Shown piece by piece: positions 20,273-32,354 of a stretch of 64,000 bases of DNA. Both the position numbers and the translations under genes were made by a program. How positions within the stretch are numbered: the stretch's first letter is position 1; each line of letters opens with the position of its first letter. Location of the stretch: the NCBI GenBank assembly GCA_963734495.1, contig CAVTHK010000007.1, positions 160,001 to 224,000 of the forward strand. Direction: 5' to 3'. Under the pieces are notes generated by a model, which had not been told where the DNA came from, ran no database searches, and saw only the letters and a list, made by a program, of their open reading frames with translations. This DNA is from an uncultured Spirochaetota bacterium. Its GTDB lineage: Bacteria; Spirochaetota; Spirochaetia; SZUA-6; CAVTHK01.

Positions 20273-21355
20273 TCAGACGATCTCCAGGGCATCGCGGGGA
20301 GGCAGCGCCGGGAAGGGCGCGGCCGGCAGCGTCTGGTACCAGAACGCCACCGAGGAGATGTCGTCCTGCAGCGGCAGGTAGCGCCTCCCGCTGCGCCAGC
20401 CCAGCGCCTGGATCGTGACGCGCAGGTCACGCTCGAAGCGGATCGGGTCGACGACGTGCCAGCGGTAGAGGCTGAAGCGCTGCTGCGAGCGGTAGAGGCC
20501 GTCTGGCCTCTGCACCTGCGACAGCCCGGAGTACGGCGTGGTGAACTCGCGGTATCCGCCCTGGTCGGCCCCGACGTCGAAGTTGTAGGCGCCGCAGAAG
20601 TAGTCCTCGGTGCCCGTGCCGCAGATCGTCGGGAACTCGCCGTCGCCGTCCATGTGGAACTTGATCTCGCCTTCGCCCCACCAGCCCGAGTTGTTGACGC
20701 CCCATGCCATCGCCGTCCCGACGTAGTGCCCGCGCCCTCGCACGCCGTCGACGATGGTGTAGACGTCCTTGTACGGAAGCGGGTTCGCCCTCCGGAACTG
20801 CGCGTGGAAGTACGCGCAGTCTTCGGGCACCTCGGTGAGCGTGTAGTCGACCTGGTAGTAGAGCGTCGTCTCCTCCTGGCCGATGTTGGTCATGGTGACG
20901 CGGGCGCCCTTGCGGAACGGCATCTCCCAGTATGAATTGAAGGCGCGCGCCGGGTTGACGCAGACCGCGAGCGAGGAGATCTGCGCGTACGAGCCCCAGC
21001 CGCACGCAAAGAAATCTCCCACCGGGCACTCCACCGAAGGCTGCCGCAGCCCGTCCCAGTAAACACGGAGGATGTTCTCGCGCCAGACGCCCTTCATCGT
21101 CATCCAGAGATGCTGGAGCGCGCCCGAGCCTTCGATGGCCGCAAGCGTGAAAGTCTCGCCGGGCTTGATGCGGACCGACGGCGAGATCTTCCAGCCGCGC
21201 CCGAGGTCGCGAGCGCAGGCGGCGCCGGTGCCCTCGGTCGCCATCCCGCCCCCGCCCTTCTCGCCCGTGAAGTTCTCGGGGCTGATCGAGCGGCTCTTCG
21301 CTGCCGAGAGCCGGCTCAGGTTGCCCATGTGCATGCCGAGACCGTCGAAAGACAC
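20273..21355 (-). CDS. Glycoside hydrolase family 172 (DUF2961)
   Basis: [55 protein letters not shown] precedes the GTG. Confidence 0.92.
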   Translation of the reverse strand: MSFDGLGMHMGNLSRLSAAKSRSISPENFTGEKGGGGMATEGTGAACARDLGRGWKISPSVRIKPGETFTLAAIEGSGALQHLWMTMKGVWRENILRVYWDGLRQPSVECPVGDFFACGWGSYAQISSLAVCVNPARAFNSYWEMPFRKGARVTMTNIGQEETTLYYQVDYTLTEVPEDCAYFHAQFRRANPLPYKDVYTIVDGVRGRGHYVGTAMAWGVNNSGWWGEGEIKFHMDGDGEFPTICGTGTEDYFCGAYNFDVGADQGGYREFTTPYSGLSQVQRPDGLYRSQQRFSLYRWHVVDPIRFERDLRVTIQALGWRSGRRYLPLQDDISSVAFWYQTLPAAPFPALPPRDALEIV

Positions 21356-21416
21356 AACGACCTCCTTGCGCGCTCGAGGCGGTGCCGACCGCTTCTGCCG
21401 CGCCCGTGCGCGTCGA

Positions 21417-23211
21417 CTACGCTCTGGCGGCCTTGAGGCGCTTGTCGAGCGCGTCGAGCTCGTCGAGCCAGCTCTTTGGGGAGCTTGGCGCCGAAGGTGG
21501 CGAAATGCTCGCGGATCGAAGGCACCTCGTCCCTCCAGCCCCTTACGTCGACGCGCAGGATCTCTTCGACGTTTGCGCGGGGGATGTCCAGCCCCTTCAG
21601 GTCGAGAGCGTCCGCGGTCGGGAGGTTGCCGATCGGGGTCTCCACGGCCTTGCCGCGGCCGGCCACCCGATCGAAGATCCAGGCGAGCACGCGGCTGTTC
21701 TCGCCGTACCCCGGCCAGAGGAACTTGCCCTCGGCGCTCTTGCGGAACCAGTTGACGTAGTAGATCCGCGGCAGCTTCGCGCCGGCGCGCTCTCCGATCC
21801 GCAGCCAGTGCGCGAAGTAGTCGCCCATGTGGTAGCCGCAGAACGGGAGCATCGCAAACGGGTCGCGGCGCAGCTCGCCCACCTTGCCGGCCGCGGCGGC
21901 CGTCTTCTCGCTCGCCATGATGGAGCCGAGGAAGGTCCCGTGCCTCCAGTTGAACGCTTCGGTGACCAGGGGGACGACGCCCGCGCGGCGCCCGCCAAAG
22001 AGGAACGCGCTGATCGGCACGCCCTTCGGGTCCTCCCACTCCTTCGCGATGACGGGGCACTGGCGGGCGGGAGTCGTGAAGCGCGCGTTGGGGTTTGCGG
22101 CCTTGCGGCCGCAGCCGGGCTGCCAGGGCCGGCGCAGCCAGTCGACGAGCTGCGGCGGCTCTTCCCGCGTCATCTCCTCCCACCAGACGTCGTAGTCCGG
22201 CGTGATGGCGCAGTTGGTGAAGATCGAGTTCCTGGCGACCGTGAGCAACGCGTTCGGGTTGGACTGCATGCTCGTTCCCGGGGCGACGCCGAAGAAGCCC
22301 GCCTCCGGGTTGATCGCGTGGAGCTGGCCGTCGGCGCCGAACTTCATCCAGGCGATGTCGTCGCCGATCGTCTCGACCTTCCAGCCGTCGATCGTCGGGT
22401 TCATCATGGCGAGGTTGGTCTTGCCGCAGGCCGATGGGAACGCCGCGCTGATGTACTTGACCTCTCCCGCGGGGCTCGTGAGCTTCAGGATCAGCATGTG
22501 CTCGGCGAGCCAGCCTTCGTCGCGGGCCTGCACGCTCGCGATGCGCAGCGAGTGGCACTTCTTGCCGAGCAGCGCGTTGCCGCCGTAGCCGGATCCGTAC
22601 GACCAGATCTCGCGGGTCTCGGGGTAATGCGTGATGTACTTGTTCTTCGGATCGCAGGGCCAGGGCGAGTCGTCGCCGGCGCCGTCGAGCGGCGCGCCGA
22701 CGGAGTGGAGGGCGCGCACGAACTCGCCGTCCGAGCCGAGCACTTCGAGCACCCTGGTTCCTACGCGCGTCATGATGTGCATGTTCGCCACGACGTACGG
22801 GCTGTCGCTGATCTCGACGCCGACGTTGGCGATCGGCGAGCCGACGGGGCCCATGCTGTACGGGATCACGAACATCGTCCGGCCCTTCATGCAGCCGGAG
22901 TACAGCTTGCGCAGGTTCGCCTTCATCTCCTCGGGATCCGCCCAGTTGTTGGTGGGGCCCGCGTCATCCTTGTTCTTCGAGCAGATGAACGTGCGGTCCT
23001 CGACCCGCGCTACGTCGCCCGTGTCGGAGCGGACGAAGATGCTGTTGGGCCGTTTCTTCTGGTCGAGCCAGATGGCCGTGCCCGCCTGCACCATGAGATT
23101 CAGCATGCTCTGGTACTCCTGCGGGGAGCCGTCGCACCAGTGGATGCGGTCTGGCTGGCACATGGCCGCCACTTCCTTGACCCATTCCTGAAGACCTTTG
23201 TGCGTCGCCAT
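21417..23211 (-). CDS. pckG: Phosphoenolpyruvate carboxykinase (GTP); likely 1-nt error near 21467
   Basis: [54 protein letters not shown]. The shifted frame gives a natural end [15 protein letters not shown] at 21417. Confidence 0.96.
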
Positions 23212-23454
23212 CTATCCTTCCTTGACTTGGCGTGTCGGCCGCGGACGTGGGTGCGCGTCCGGTCGCCTGAGGCGCGGCCGCAGGCATGTTCTGACGCACG
23301 CGCAACTTACACCGGACCGCGACGGCGAGGCAAGGGACAGCGACGCCACGCCCGGGCCCGCGCAGCCCGGGGAGGTCCCGGGCCCCGAAGGCCGCGGCCG
23401 ACAAAGCACGAGCGGCCTTGAACCTGTGGTGCCACGAGGCCTAAGATCGCGACC

Positions 23455-24195
23455 ATGTTCGAATTCGGGCCATGGGCCTGGGTCGTGGTCGTCATCGGAA
23501 GCTTCTCGATCGGCCTTGGAAAGACCGGGATCCCCAGCATCAACCTGTTCTTCGTGCCTGTGATGGCCCAGCTTCTTCCGCCCAAGATGTCCACCGGCTT
23601 CCTGCTGCCGATGCTCATCGTCGCGGACTTCTTCGCCATCGCCTACTACCGCCGGCACGCCGACTGGCGATACCTCGCGCGGTTTCTGCCCGCCGCGATC
23701 GTCGGCGTGCTGATCGGCTTCGCGGGGCTGAGCCTGGTGAGCGACAGCGCGCTGCGTCCGGTGATCGGAGGCATCGTGCTGCTGATGCTCGCGATCCAGG
23801 CGTGGCGCGACTTCCGGCACGGGGGCGACATCCCCGTCCCGCGCACCCCGTGGTTCTCGATCGTCATGGGCCTCATCGCGGGGATCACGACCATGATGGC
23901 CAACGCGGCGGGCCCCGTGATGGCGATCTACCTCCTCACGATGCGGCTCCCCAAGGAGCGCTACATGGGGACCGGCGCGTGGTACTTCTTCATCATCAAT
24001 CTGATCAAGGTGCCTCTCAGCGCCTCGCTCGGCCTGATCACATGGGAGACGCTCCGCGTCAACGCGCTTCTGGTTCCGGCGATCGTCCTGGGCGCGCTCC
24101 TGGGCGTCCGGCTCCTCAAGGTCCTGCCGCAGAAGGCCTTCCGCGTGGTCGTCCAGGTGGTCGCCGCGGCGAGCGCGATCAGGCTGATCGTGTGA
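23455..24195 (+). CDS. Sulfite exporter TauE/SafE family membrane protein
   Basis: KTGIP, STGFLLPML, ANAAGP, NLIKVP; multiple TM helices. Confidence 0.88.
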   Translation: MFEFGPWAWVVVVIGSFSIGLGKTGIPSINLFFVPVMAQLLPPKMSTGFLLPMLIVADFFAIAYYRRHADWRYLARFLPAAIVGVLIGFAGLSLVSDSALRPVIGGIVLLMLAIQAWRDFRHGGDIPVPRTPWFSIVMGLIAGITTMMANAAGPVMAIYLLTMRLPKERYMGTGAWYFFIINLIKVPLSASLGLITWETLRVNALLVPAIVLGALLGVRLLKVLPQKAFRVVVQVVAAASAIRLIV

Positions 24196-24234
24196 GGCGG
24201 GCGCGTTGACGGACGCGGGCCGGGGCGGGCGCCG

Positions 24235-24775
24235 CTACTTGACGATGCGCAGGATCGCCTTGAAGCGCTCGCCCTCCGCGACGCGCACGAGCTCGTAGAG
24301 CGCCATCTCGACTCCCGTGACCGCGATGCCGAGGTCGCGGATGCGTGCGAGCGCGAGGTCCCTGTTCTCGGCCGTGCGGGATGAGACCGCGTCGGAGACG
24401 ACGTGCACCTCGTAGCCCCGGGCTGAAAGATCCATGGCCGTCTGGTAGACGCAGATGTGCGCCTCGATCCCGGCGAGCAGGACCTGGCGCCTGCCGGAGG
24501 CCTCGAGGCGGGCCATGAACTCGCCGCTGTCGCAGCAGCTGAAGCACATCTTCGCGATCGGGGCGAGACCCTCGAGCGCCGCGGCGACCGGCGCCACCGT
24601 GGCGCCGAGCCGCTGCGGGTTCTGCTCGAGCCAGAGCACCGGAAGGTCGAGCGCCCGGGCACCGCGCGCGAGGCGCTGCAGCCCGTCGAAGAGGCGTTCG
24701 CGCTCGTGCATGACCGCGGCGAGCTTGTCCTGGACGTCGACGACCACGAGCACCGCATCGTCTGCTTCTGAGCAC
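24235..24775 (-). CDS. Isochorismatase-like cysteine hydrolase; probable frameshift just after the start
   Basis: VVDVQ, EQNP..LG.T, K..FS, GIEAHICVYQT with an intact D-K-C triad. GGGAGG RBS precedes GTG 24775. Confidence 0.88.
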
Positions 24776-24860
24776 GCGGGAGCCTCCCGTACCAGTCGGT
24801 TGCCGCGCAAGCGGAAGCGGTAATATAGTACACCGACTCTTCGGTGAACAAGGATCGCCT

Positions 24861-25303
24861 TTGACGGACAGAGCTCACTCCCTCGAGGCCTGGCAGGGCG
24901 GAACGCCTCGCGTTCGCGAGCGCCGGCAGGTGGCTCCACCCCCTGCTGGAGCTGGAACGATTCCTCCTCGCATCGCCGATCGACCCGGCCACGCTGGTGC
25001 TTCACGACAAGATCGTCGGGCAGGGCCGCGGCCCTGCTGATCATAAGGCTGCGGATCCCGGAGGTGCGCGCCGGTCTCCTCAGCCGTCTGGGCGAGCGCG
25101 CGCTGCAGACTGCGGGCGTGCGCTACAGCTTCGCCGAGCTCGACGGACCGCATCGACTGCCAGACCGAGGGGATCCTCGAGAACGTCGACGACCCGGAGG
25201 AGGCGCACGCATCGTGGTCGAGCGGGCCCGTGAGGCGGACGCGAGAGCGCGCGCGGCCGCGGAGGCCCCCGCCTCGCGCGCCGCCGGCCCGGGCGCGGCC
25301 TGA
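24861..25303 (+). CDS. DUF1893 (TM1506-like) protein, several frameshifts
   Basis: Reconstructed across frames: MTDRAHSLEAWQGG..FASAGRWLHPLLELE..LHDKIVG-RAAALL..LLSRLG..RIDCQTE. Confidence 0.7.
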
Positions 25304-26017
25304 TGAAGCTGGGCGCCCCGCGCGGGCCGCGGCCGGGCCTCTCTTCGGAGCTTGCCGTCGAGATGCGAGCGGCCACCGTGCTGCGGGCCGGGCGCCGCGT
25401 CCTCGGCCCGGTCGACCTGACCGGTGCTGCGCGGAGAGCGCCTCCTCGTGGCGGGGCCGAACGGTGCGGGCAAGACCACGCTCCTGCAGGCGCTCCTCGG
25501 CCTGCTTGTCCCTTCGTCGGGGGCGATCAGCGTCCTCGGGATGGCGGTCGGCTCGGCCGAGTGGCGCAGGGAGCGGCGGCGCGTCGGCTACGTGAACCAG
25601 GAATCCGTTCAGACGACCCTCCCGATCACGGCGCGCGAAGTCGTCGAGATCGGGCTGTGCGCCGCGCCGCCCGGCGGGGCCGAGAAACGGCAGCGGATCC
25701 TCCGCTCCATGGAGCGCGCCGGCTGCGCGCCGCTCGCGCCGCGCTCGTTTCGCGAGCTGTCCGGGGGCGAGAAGCAGAGGGTCTCCCTCGCCCGGTGCCT
25801 GGCCCAGGACCCGGAGCTCGTGCTGCTCGACGAGCCGGCCGCGTCTCTCGATCCCGCTGCCAAGGACGACCTCCTGCGGCTGCTCGAGCGGCTGAACGAG
25901 GAATGGGGGCTGACGGTCCTGATGGCCACGCACGAAGCCGCTCATCTCGAAGAGAGCGCGTGGCCGGTGCTCAGGCTCTCCGACGGGCGCGTCGAGGCGA
26001 GGAGCCTGCGCACGTGA
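25303..26017 (+). CDS. Metal ABC transporter ATP-binding protein (ZnuC-like); frameshift near 25425
   Basis: GPNGAGKTT, VGYVNQ, LSGGEKQR, LLDEP, ATH. Confidence 0.88.
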
Positions 26018-26823
26018 ACCCCCTGGAGGCGCTGCGGCTCGCGCCGATCGCGCGGGGCTTTCTCGTCCTCGCGCTGGCCGGGGCGCTGTTCCCGCTGACC
26101 GGAGTGTTCATACTCAGGCTCAACCTGATCACGCTGCGCTTCACGCTGATGCACGGGACCCTGCTCGCCGGCGCGCTCGCGCTGGCCCTGGGGGCGGACC
26201 CCGTGCTCCTCAGCATCGCCGTCAACCTCGCGCTCATCCTGGCCATCGCCGGGCTCGGCCGCCGCAGCGGACTGGGGACCGGGACGCTCACGACGTTCCT
26301 CATGGTGCTCACGGTCGGCCTGGCCTTCGTGGTCATCTACCGCTTCAACGTCCCCGCCAAGGACACGCTCGCGATCCTCTGGGGCAATCTCTTCGCGATC
26401 ACGCCGGCGGAGGCCGCGGCGACGGCGGGCTTTGCCGCCCTCACCCTCGCCTTCGTGCTCGCGTTCTACGGGGGGCTGAAGGCCATTCTGTTCAGCCGCG
26501 AGATCGCCTTCGCGTCCGGAGTGAACGAGCCGGTCCTGTACAACGCCGTGCTCGCGCTTGCGGGCCTGACGGTCGCATTCGCCGTGCGGCTCATCGGCGC
26601 TCTCCTGCTCGACGCGCTCCTCCTGCTCCCGGCCATCGTCGCCTCGTTCTACGCGCGCAGCACGCGGGCCCTGTTCGTGTACGCCTGCGCCGCCGGCTTC
26701 GCGTCGAGCGTCGTCGGCTTCGTCGCGAGCCTGGTCCTTGACGTGCCGGCCAGCTCCGCGGTTACGATAGTGGCGGCGCTCCTGCTCGGCTTCGGATTCC
26801 TGACGCGGGGGAGGGTCTCATGA
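26014..26823 (+). CDS. Metal ABC transporter permease (ZnuB-like)
   Basis: GVFIL..LMHGTL, ILWGNL, IGALL..LLLLP; multiple TM helices. Confidence 0.85.
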   Translation: MNPLEALRLAPIARGFLVLALAGALFPLTGVFILRLNLITLRFTLMHGTLLAGALALALGADPVLLSIAVNLALILAIAGLGRRSGLGTGTLTTFLMVLTVGLAFVVIYRFNVPAKDTLAILWGNLFAITPAEAAATAGFAALTLAFVLAFYGGLKAILFSREIAFASGVNEPVLYNAVLALAGLTVAFAVRLIGALLLDALLLLPAIVASFYARSTRALFVYACAAGFASSVVGFVASLVLDVPASSAVTIVAALLLGFGFLTRGRVS

Positions 26824-27609
26824 GAGCGCGCATCGTCGCATGGGTGCTGGCGCTGCTCGCCTCGGCCGGCTCTGACAGCGCCGGCGCAACCGGCGCAGCA
26901 GTCCGGGCCGGCGGCGGCGGGTCGGACGCTGCGCGTCGTCGCGAGCACGGCATGGACCGCCGCGTTCGCGCGCACGGCGGGCGTGGCCGAAGTCCGAGTC
27001 CTTGCTCCCTACGAGATGCAGCATCCCCCCGAGTACGAGCTCAAGCCGTCCGACGTTTCCGCCGTCGCGAACGCCGACCTCGTGATCTACGCGGGCTACG
27101 AGCGCGCGGTGCCGCGGATCGTCGAGGCGGTCGGCGGACGGACCATCGCGCTCCTCAAGGTGGGCACCGACAACAGCCTCGCGACGATCCGAGCGACCGT
27201 CACCGCGATCGCGCGCGCCGCGGGGACCGAGGCCGAAGCCGCCCGCAACCTCGCGGCCGTGGAGGCATTCTACGACGAGTGGAAGCGCGAGCTCGCCTCG
27301 CAGGGGCTGGCCGGCGCGCCGGTCCTGGTCCACGCGATGCAGCGCCCCCTCGCCGTCGAGCTCGGCTTCCGGATCGAGGGCGTCTTCGGGCCGGCCCCTC
27401 TCGAGGCCGCGCAGATCCGCGGCCTCTCGCAGTCGAGCGTGCGCCTCGTGATCGACAACGGCCACGACCCCGTGGCCTCGCCCCTCAAGGAGACGATCCG
27501 CGGCGCGCGGTTCGTCGAGCTCATCAATTTTCCCCCGCGGCAGGGGACGATCATCGACCTGCTGGCGGAGGACCGGGCGCGCCTGCGGGCGGCGGCGGCA
27601 AAGCCGTGA
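26820..27609 (+). CDS. Metal ABC transporter substrate-binding protein; frameshift near 26870
   Basis: Signal peptide, RVVASTAWT, HPPEYELKPSD, ADLVIYAG (ZnuA/TroA-like). Confidence 0.8.
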
Positions 27610-27815
27610 GCGAAGGCAAGGTCAGGCGGGACCGCCTGGAGGAGCTCAAGGAAAAGCTCAACAAGGTGAAGGTCTACTACAGCGTGCCCAACCCGCGTTC
27701 GGACTACCAGATGGACATCCAGGAAGCGGGCGACGACTTCGGCTGGATGGTCTACGAGATCGAGCGGCTGCGGGCCGAGCTGGCGAAAAGGGGCCGCGGC
27801 CCGGGCGACACTTAG
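27606..27815 (+). CDS. Small hypothetical protein (69 aa)
   Basis: GTG overlaps the previous stop; coding-like sequence MSEGKVRRDRLEELKEKL...WMVYEIERLRAEL. Confidence 0.65.
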   Translation: MSEGKVRRDRLEELKEKLNKVKVYYSVPNPRSDYQMDIQEAGDDFGWMVYEIERLRAELAKRGRGPGDT

Positions 27816-27828
27816 GGGTGCGGCCGGC

Positions 27829-29669
27829 TCACGACACCGCAAAGACCTTCTGCTGCTCGCAGATGCGCCGGTAGAACCCGTCCTGCTTCGCGAGGTCGGC
27901 GTGCCGGCCCTGCTGCGTGATCGCTCCGTCCTCGAGCACGATGATCCGGTCGCACTCCATCGCCGTGGCCACGCGCTGGGTGATGATCAGGCTCGTGCGC
28001 CCCGCGAGCACCTTGTTCAGGGTCATGCGGATGCGCGCCTCCGTCTTCGCGTCGAGGGCGCTCGTCGTGTCGTCCAGGAGGAGCACCTCGGGGTCCGTGA
28101 GGAGCGCGGTCGCGAGGGCCAGCCTCTGCTTCTGCCCGCCCGAGAGGGTCACGCCGCGCTCACCGACGATCGTCTCGTAGCCGTCCGGCAGCTCCCGGAT
28201 GAATTCGTCGAGCTCGGCCTGCGCCGCGGCGCGCCGCACTTCCACGGGCGTGGCATCGAGCTTTCCGTACATGATGTTCTCGGCCATCGTGCCCGTGAAG
28301 ATCGTGGGCTCCTGCTGCACCAGGCGCACGTGGCGCCTCAGGGAGGCCTGGCTCGCCTCGATGATGTCGACGCCGCCCACCGAGATGCGGCCCTCCTGCG
28401 GATCGTAGAAGCGCAGCAGCAGGAGAAAGACGGTCGTCTTGCCCGCTCCCGACGGGCCCATCAGGGCGACCCGCTCACCGGGCGGGATCGTGATGTTCAC
28501 GTCGCGGAGCGCCGGCTCATTCTGCTCGGGATACGTGAAAGTGACCTTGTCGAGGCGGATCTCGCCCCGCATCCCCTCGAGGGCGATTTTGCCGGGCTCG
28601 ACCTCGACCTTTGTCTCGAGGATCATCAGCACGCGGCGCGCCACGACGAAGAGCGCCTGGATCTGCGTGACCTGGGTCGTGATCTGGTTCACCGGGTTGA
28701 AGAGCGGGTTGAGCGCGCCGATGAATGCGAGGGCCGCGCCCGAGCGTCGTGGTGCCGGCTTTGACCTGGAGGATGGAGAAGTAGATCATCACGCCCGTCG
28801 TCACGGACACGATGACGCCCGCGACCAGCACGAGCAGGTGGTTGTACGTCACGGTCCGCATCTGGATGCGGGCGCCGTCGAAGACCTTGCGCGCGAACGT
28901 CCGCACCTCGCCCTTTTCCCGGGCGAAGCTCTTGGCCACGCGGACGGCCGCGATCCTCTCCGCCGCGAGCGCGTACATCGCCGAGTTCAGCCTTCGCGAA
29001 GCGATGTTCGTGCTGCGGATCCTCGGTCGGAGAAAGTAGAAGGCGAGCGCGTAGAACGGCAGCACCGCGATCACGACGGAGGCGAGCGGGGCATCCAGGT
29101 AGAAGACGACTCCCAGCCCCAGGACGAGGCGCACGGATCTGCAGCATGAGCCCCACGGACTCCGCGGTCATCCACTGACGGATCACGTTCACGTCATCGA
29201 GCAGGCGCGACATGATCCGGCCTGTCGGGTGGCGCTCGAAGTAGCCGAGATGCAGCGCCTGGAGCTTTTCGTGGAGGTCCTTGCGCATGCCGAAGACCAG
29301 GCGGCGGCCGGCGTCGATCACCAGCCAGTGACGAAACCAGTGCGCTATCAGAAAGACCACCCAGATCGCGGCGATTACCCACAGCCACTTCCAGAAGGCG
29401 GGCATCTGGCCCGCGACCTCCTCCGGCCTGATCCCGCCCGGAAGGCGCAGCACCACGTCCACGAGGTACTTGCCCGCGAGGGCAAAGGCGAAGGGCTGGG
29501 CGGCCGTGAGCACGGTGCAGACGAGGGCGAGCAGGATGCTCGGCGCCGACGGCGCGAGGTAGCGCCTCCAGATCGTGCCGAGGTCCTTCCACGGGGTGAG
29601 CTTGTAGAACTCGATCTCCGCGAGCAGCTTCTCGATGACTCGGTTGATCCGCGCGTCCTGCCGCTTCAC
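27829..29669 (-). CDS. ABC exporter subunit (TMD+NBD, degenerate Walker B); frameshifts near 29135 and 28740
   Basis: GPSGAGKTT, LSGGQKQR, LLLDDTTS (E to D), ITQR (H to Q). Confidence 0.88.
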
Positions 29670-31408
29670 GCCGGCACCCCCCTCAGCTCGCCGAGGAGCT
29701 CGCGGTAGAGCCTGCGGTAGAGTCCCCCTTCGATTCCCATGAGCTGCGCGTGCGTCCCCTGCTCGACGATCGCCCCCTTGTCCATGACCACGATCAGGTC
29801 GGCGGACGTGATGGTCGACAGCCGGTGCGCGATGACGAAGCTCGTCCTCCCCTTGAGCACCCGCACGAGCGCTCTCTGGATCAGGGCCTCCGAGTGGCTG
29901 TCGAGGGCCGAAGTCGCCTCGTCCATCACGAGGATGGCGGGCTCCTTGAGGATGGCCCGCGCGATGCTCACCCGCTGCTTTTCGCCGACGGAGAGCTTGA
30001 CGCCTTCGCTGCCGATCAGGGTGTCGAAGCCGTCGGGCAGGCTCATGGCCAGCTCGTAGATCTCCGCGGCCCGGGCCGCCCTCTCGATCTCGTCGCGCGT
30101 CGCATGAGGCGCCCCGTAGGCGATGTTGTAGGCGAGCGTACCGTCGAATACCACGGGGTCCTGCAGCACCACGCCGAACCGGCTCCTGAGCTCGCGCACG
30201 TCCATGTCGCGCACGTCGACGCCGTCGATCGTGATCCGGCCGCCCTGCACGTCCCAGTGCCGCATCAGCAGCGACACCATGGTCGTCTTGCCGCAGCCCG
30301 TCGGCCCCACCAGCGCGACCGTCGTGCCGGGCTCCACGGCCAGGCTCAGCCCCCTGTACAACGGGCTCTCGGGGTCGTAGGAAAAGCGCACGTCCGCGAA
30401 TTCGACCCGCCCGCGCACGTGCGCGAGGCGGACCGGGTGCGGGGGCGACACGATTTCCGGCTCCTCCGCGAGGAGCTCCGTGATCCGCCGCACCGAGACG
30501 AAGGTCTCGGCGAGCTGGCCCGCCATGTTCGTCAGGCGCGTGACGGGATCGATCGACATCCAGACGTAGGCCGTGATCGCGAGGTAGTCCCCGTACGTGA
30601 TGCTTCCCCTGAGCACCATCATGGCCGCAAGCCCGGAGATCAGGGTCGATCCGCCGGCAGCGATCACGGTGCACAGCGTGCTCAGGCTGACCGAGGCCAT
30701 GCGCGTGTCGAGCTGCTTCTCGAGCCCTTCCGAGGTCCGCTGGAGGAACAGCGAGTTCTCCCAGTCCTCCCGGTTGTAGATCCTCACCTGCCGCACGCCC
30801 GAAACGGTTTCCTCCAGCCTGCCCGCGACCTGGTCGAAGATCAGGCGATAGCTTTCGGTCGAAGCCCGGATGCGGCGCGAGAAGATCTTGTACGCCACGA
30901 AGTAGAGCGAGAGCAGGCCGCAGAGGATCGCGGCGATGGAGACCGAGAGCGTGAACATGACCGTGAGCGAGAACAGGAAGATGATTCCGTCGACGACCAG
31001 GCGCACCGTGTCCCCCGCGAGCAGGCGCTGCAGAGTGTTGGCGTCGTCCATGATCTTCTGCACGGTGGTGCCGGCCGAGTTCTGGCCGTGATAGCGCAGG
31101 GTCAGCGAGAACACGCGGTCGTACATCGCGATGCGGACGTCGGAGATGAAGCGGCGGGCGACCACCATGATCTGCTGCGTGTTGACGTAGCGGACCAGCT
31201 CGCCGACCGCGGGGACCGCGATGATGAGCGCCACGGCGCCGGCCAGCTTCTCCCACAGGGCCGGGGTCACGACCTGGTCCATGAGCCTGCGGATCAGGAG
31301 GGGCGGCATGACGTTCAGCACGGTAAAGGCGCCCATGCCGAGAAGAGCCACCGCGAAGCTCGTCCGGTAGGGCCTGAGGAATCGGTAGAGAATGGGCCTC
31401 GCTCTCAT
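29666..31408 (-). CDS. ABC exporter subunit (TMD+NBD)
   Basis: GPTGCGKTT, non-canonical signature LSVGEKQR, MDEATS, IAHRLST. Confidence 0.93.
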   Translation of the reverse strand: MRARPILYRFLRPYRTSFAVALLGMGAFTVLNVMPPLLIRRLMDQVVTPALWEKLAGAVALIIAVPAVGELVRYVNTQQIMVVARRFISDVRIAMYDRVFSLTLRYHGQNSAGTTVQKIMDDANTLQRLLAGDTVRLVVDGIIFLFSLTVMFTLSVSIAAILCGLLSLYFVAYKIFSRRIRASTESYRLIFDQVAGRLEETVSGVRQVRIYNREDWENSLFLQRTSEGLEKQLDTRMASVSLSTLCTVIAAGGSTLISGLAAMMVLRGSITYGDYLAITAYVWMSIDPVTRLTNMAGQLAETFVSVRRITELLAEEPEIVSPPHPVRLAHVRGRVEFADVRFSYDPESPLYRGLSLAVEPGTTVALVGPTGCGKTTMVSLLMRHWDVQGGRITIDGVDVRDMDVRELRSRFGVVLQDPVVFDGTLAYNIAYGAPHATRDEIERAARAAEIYELAMSLPDGFDTLIGSEGVKLSVGEKQRVSIARAILKEPAILVMDEATSALDSHSEALIQRALVRVLKGRTSFVIAHRLSTITSADLIVVMDKGAIVEQGTHAQLMGIEGGLYRRLYRELLGELRGVPA

Positions 31409-31511
31409 CAATGGGAAAGGGCGCAGGGGAAACAGGGCTCCCGGCGCGCTGCCATCATAGCCACGGCGTCCGTAAGGGTCAACGCCGCGGCCGGGTTCCA
31501 GCGCCTCTGAG

Positions 31512-32234
31512 TCAGCGCAGGGGCTCCCGCGGGTCGACCCTGGGTCCGTTCTCCGTCGACCGCACGACGCGAGGGACCGCCCAGCGGACCGCGTTTGCGA
31601 GGACCTTGAGCACTTCCGCCTGGTAGTAGATGGGGAACGTCTCGTGGCCGGGCCTGAAATAGAAGATCCGGCCGTGTCCCCGGTGGAACGTGCACCCGCT
31701 GCGGAACACCTCCCCGCCCTGAAACCACGAAATGAAGACCACCTCGTCCGGCCGCGGAATGTCGAATCGCTCGCCGTACATTTCCGTGTGGGGGATCTCG
31801 AAATACTCGCCTATGCCCTCGGCGATCGGGTGTCCGGGCTCGATGTTCCAGAGCCGCTCCTTCTCCCCCGCTTCTCGCCATTTGAGCGAACAGTTGGTGC
31901 CCATGAGGGACCGGAAGATCTTGGAGAAGTGGCCCGAGTGCAGCACGATCAGGCCCATGCCCGAGAGGACCCGCTGCTTCACGCGCTCCACGATCTCGTC
32001 GCGCACTTCCTTGTGCGCCTTGTGGCCCCACCAGAGCAGAACGTCGGTCGAGTCGACGACGGCGCGGGAGAGCCCGTGCTCCGGATCGTCGAGGGTCGCA
32101 GTGCGGAGCTCCATGCCGCCCTGCGCCGCGAGCCCCTTGGCAATCGCGCTGTGGATCCCTTCGGGGTAGACCGCGCGGACCTCCTGGCTCTCCTTCTCGT
32201 GACGGAATTCGTTCCAGACTGTCACCTTGATCAT
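31512..32234 (-). CDS. thuA: ThuA-like trehalose/sugar utilisation protein
   Basis: [47 protein letters not shown]. Confidence 0.9.
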   Translation of the reverse strand: MIKVTVWNEFRHEKESQEVRAVYPEGIHSAIAKGLAAQGGMELRTATLDDPEHGLSRAVVDSTDVLLWWGHKAHKEVRDEIVERVKQRVLSGMGLIVLHSGHFSKIFRSLMGTNCSLKWREAGEKERLWNIEPGHPIAEGIGEYFEIPHTEMYGERFDIPRPDEVVFISWFQGGEVFRSGCTFHRGHGRIFYFRPGHETFPIYYQAEVLKVLANAVRWAVPRVVRSTENGPRVDPREPLR

Positions 32235-32354
32235 GTCGCCTCCGTCGTCGCAATCATCCGCCGCCTGCGCCGTCGTCGGCGGCCGCGCCCAACGATAGGC
32301 GCCCGATCGGGAGACTGTCAATCGACGCCGCCGGCCATCACGGGCGCGGCGAGC

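Noticed and set aside
23212-23300. Structured three-way-junction leader upstream of pckG
   Set aside because: Pairings can be drawn, but they are expected by chance at this GC content. There is no known motif or covariation evidence.
24835-25000. Riboswitch (cobalamin/FMN) upstream of the metal ABC genes
   Set aside because: No conserved riboswitch boxes are visible. The stretch translates as the N-terminus of a frameshifted DUF1893 gene.
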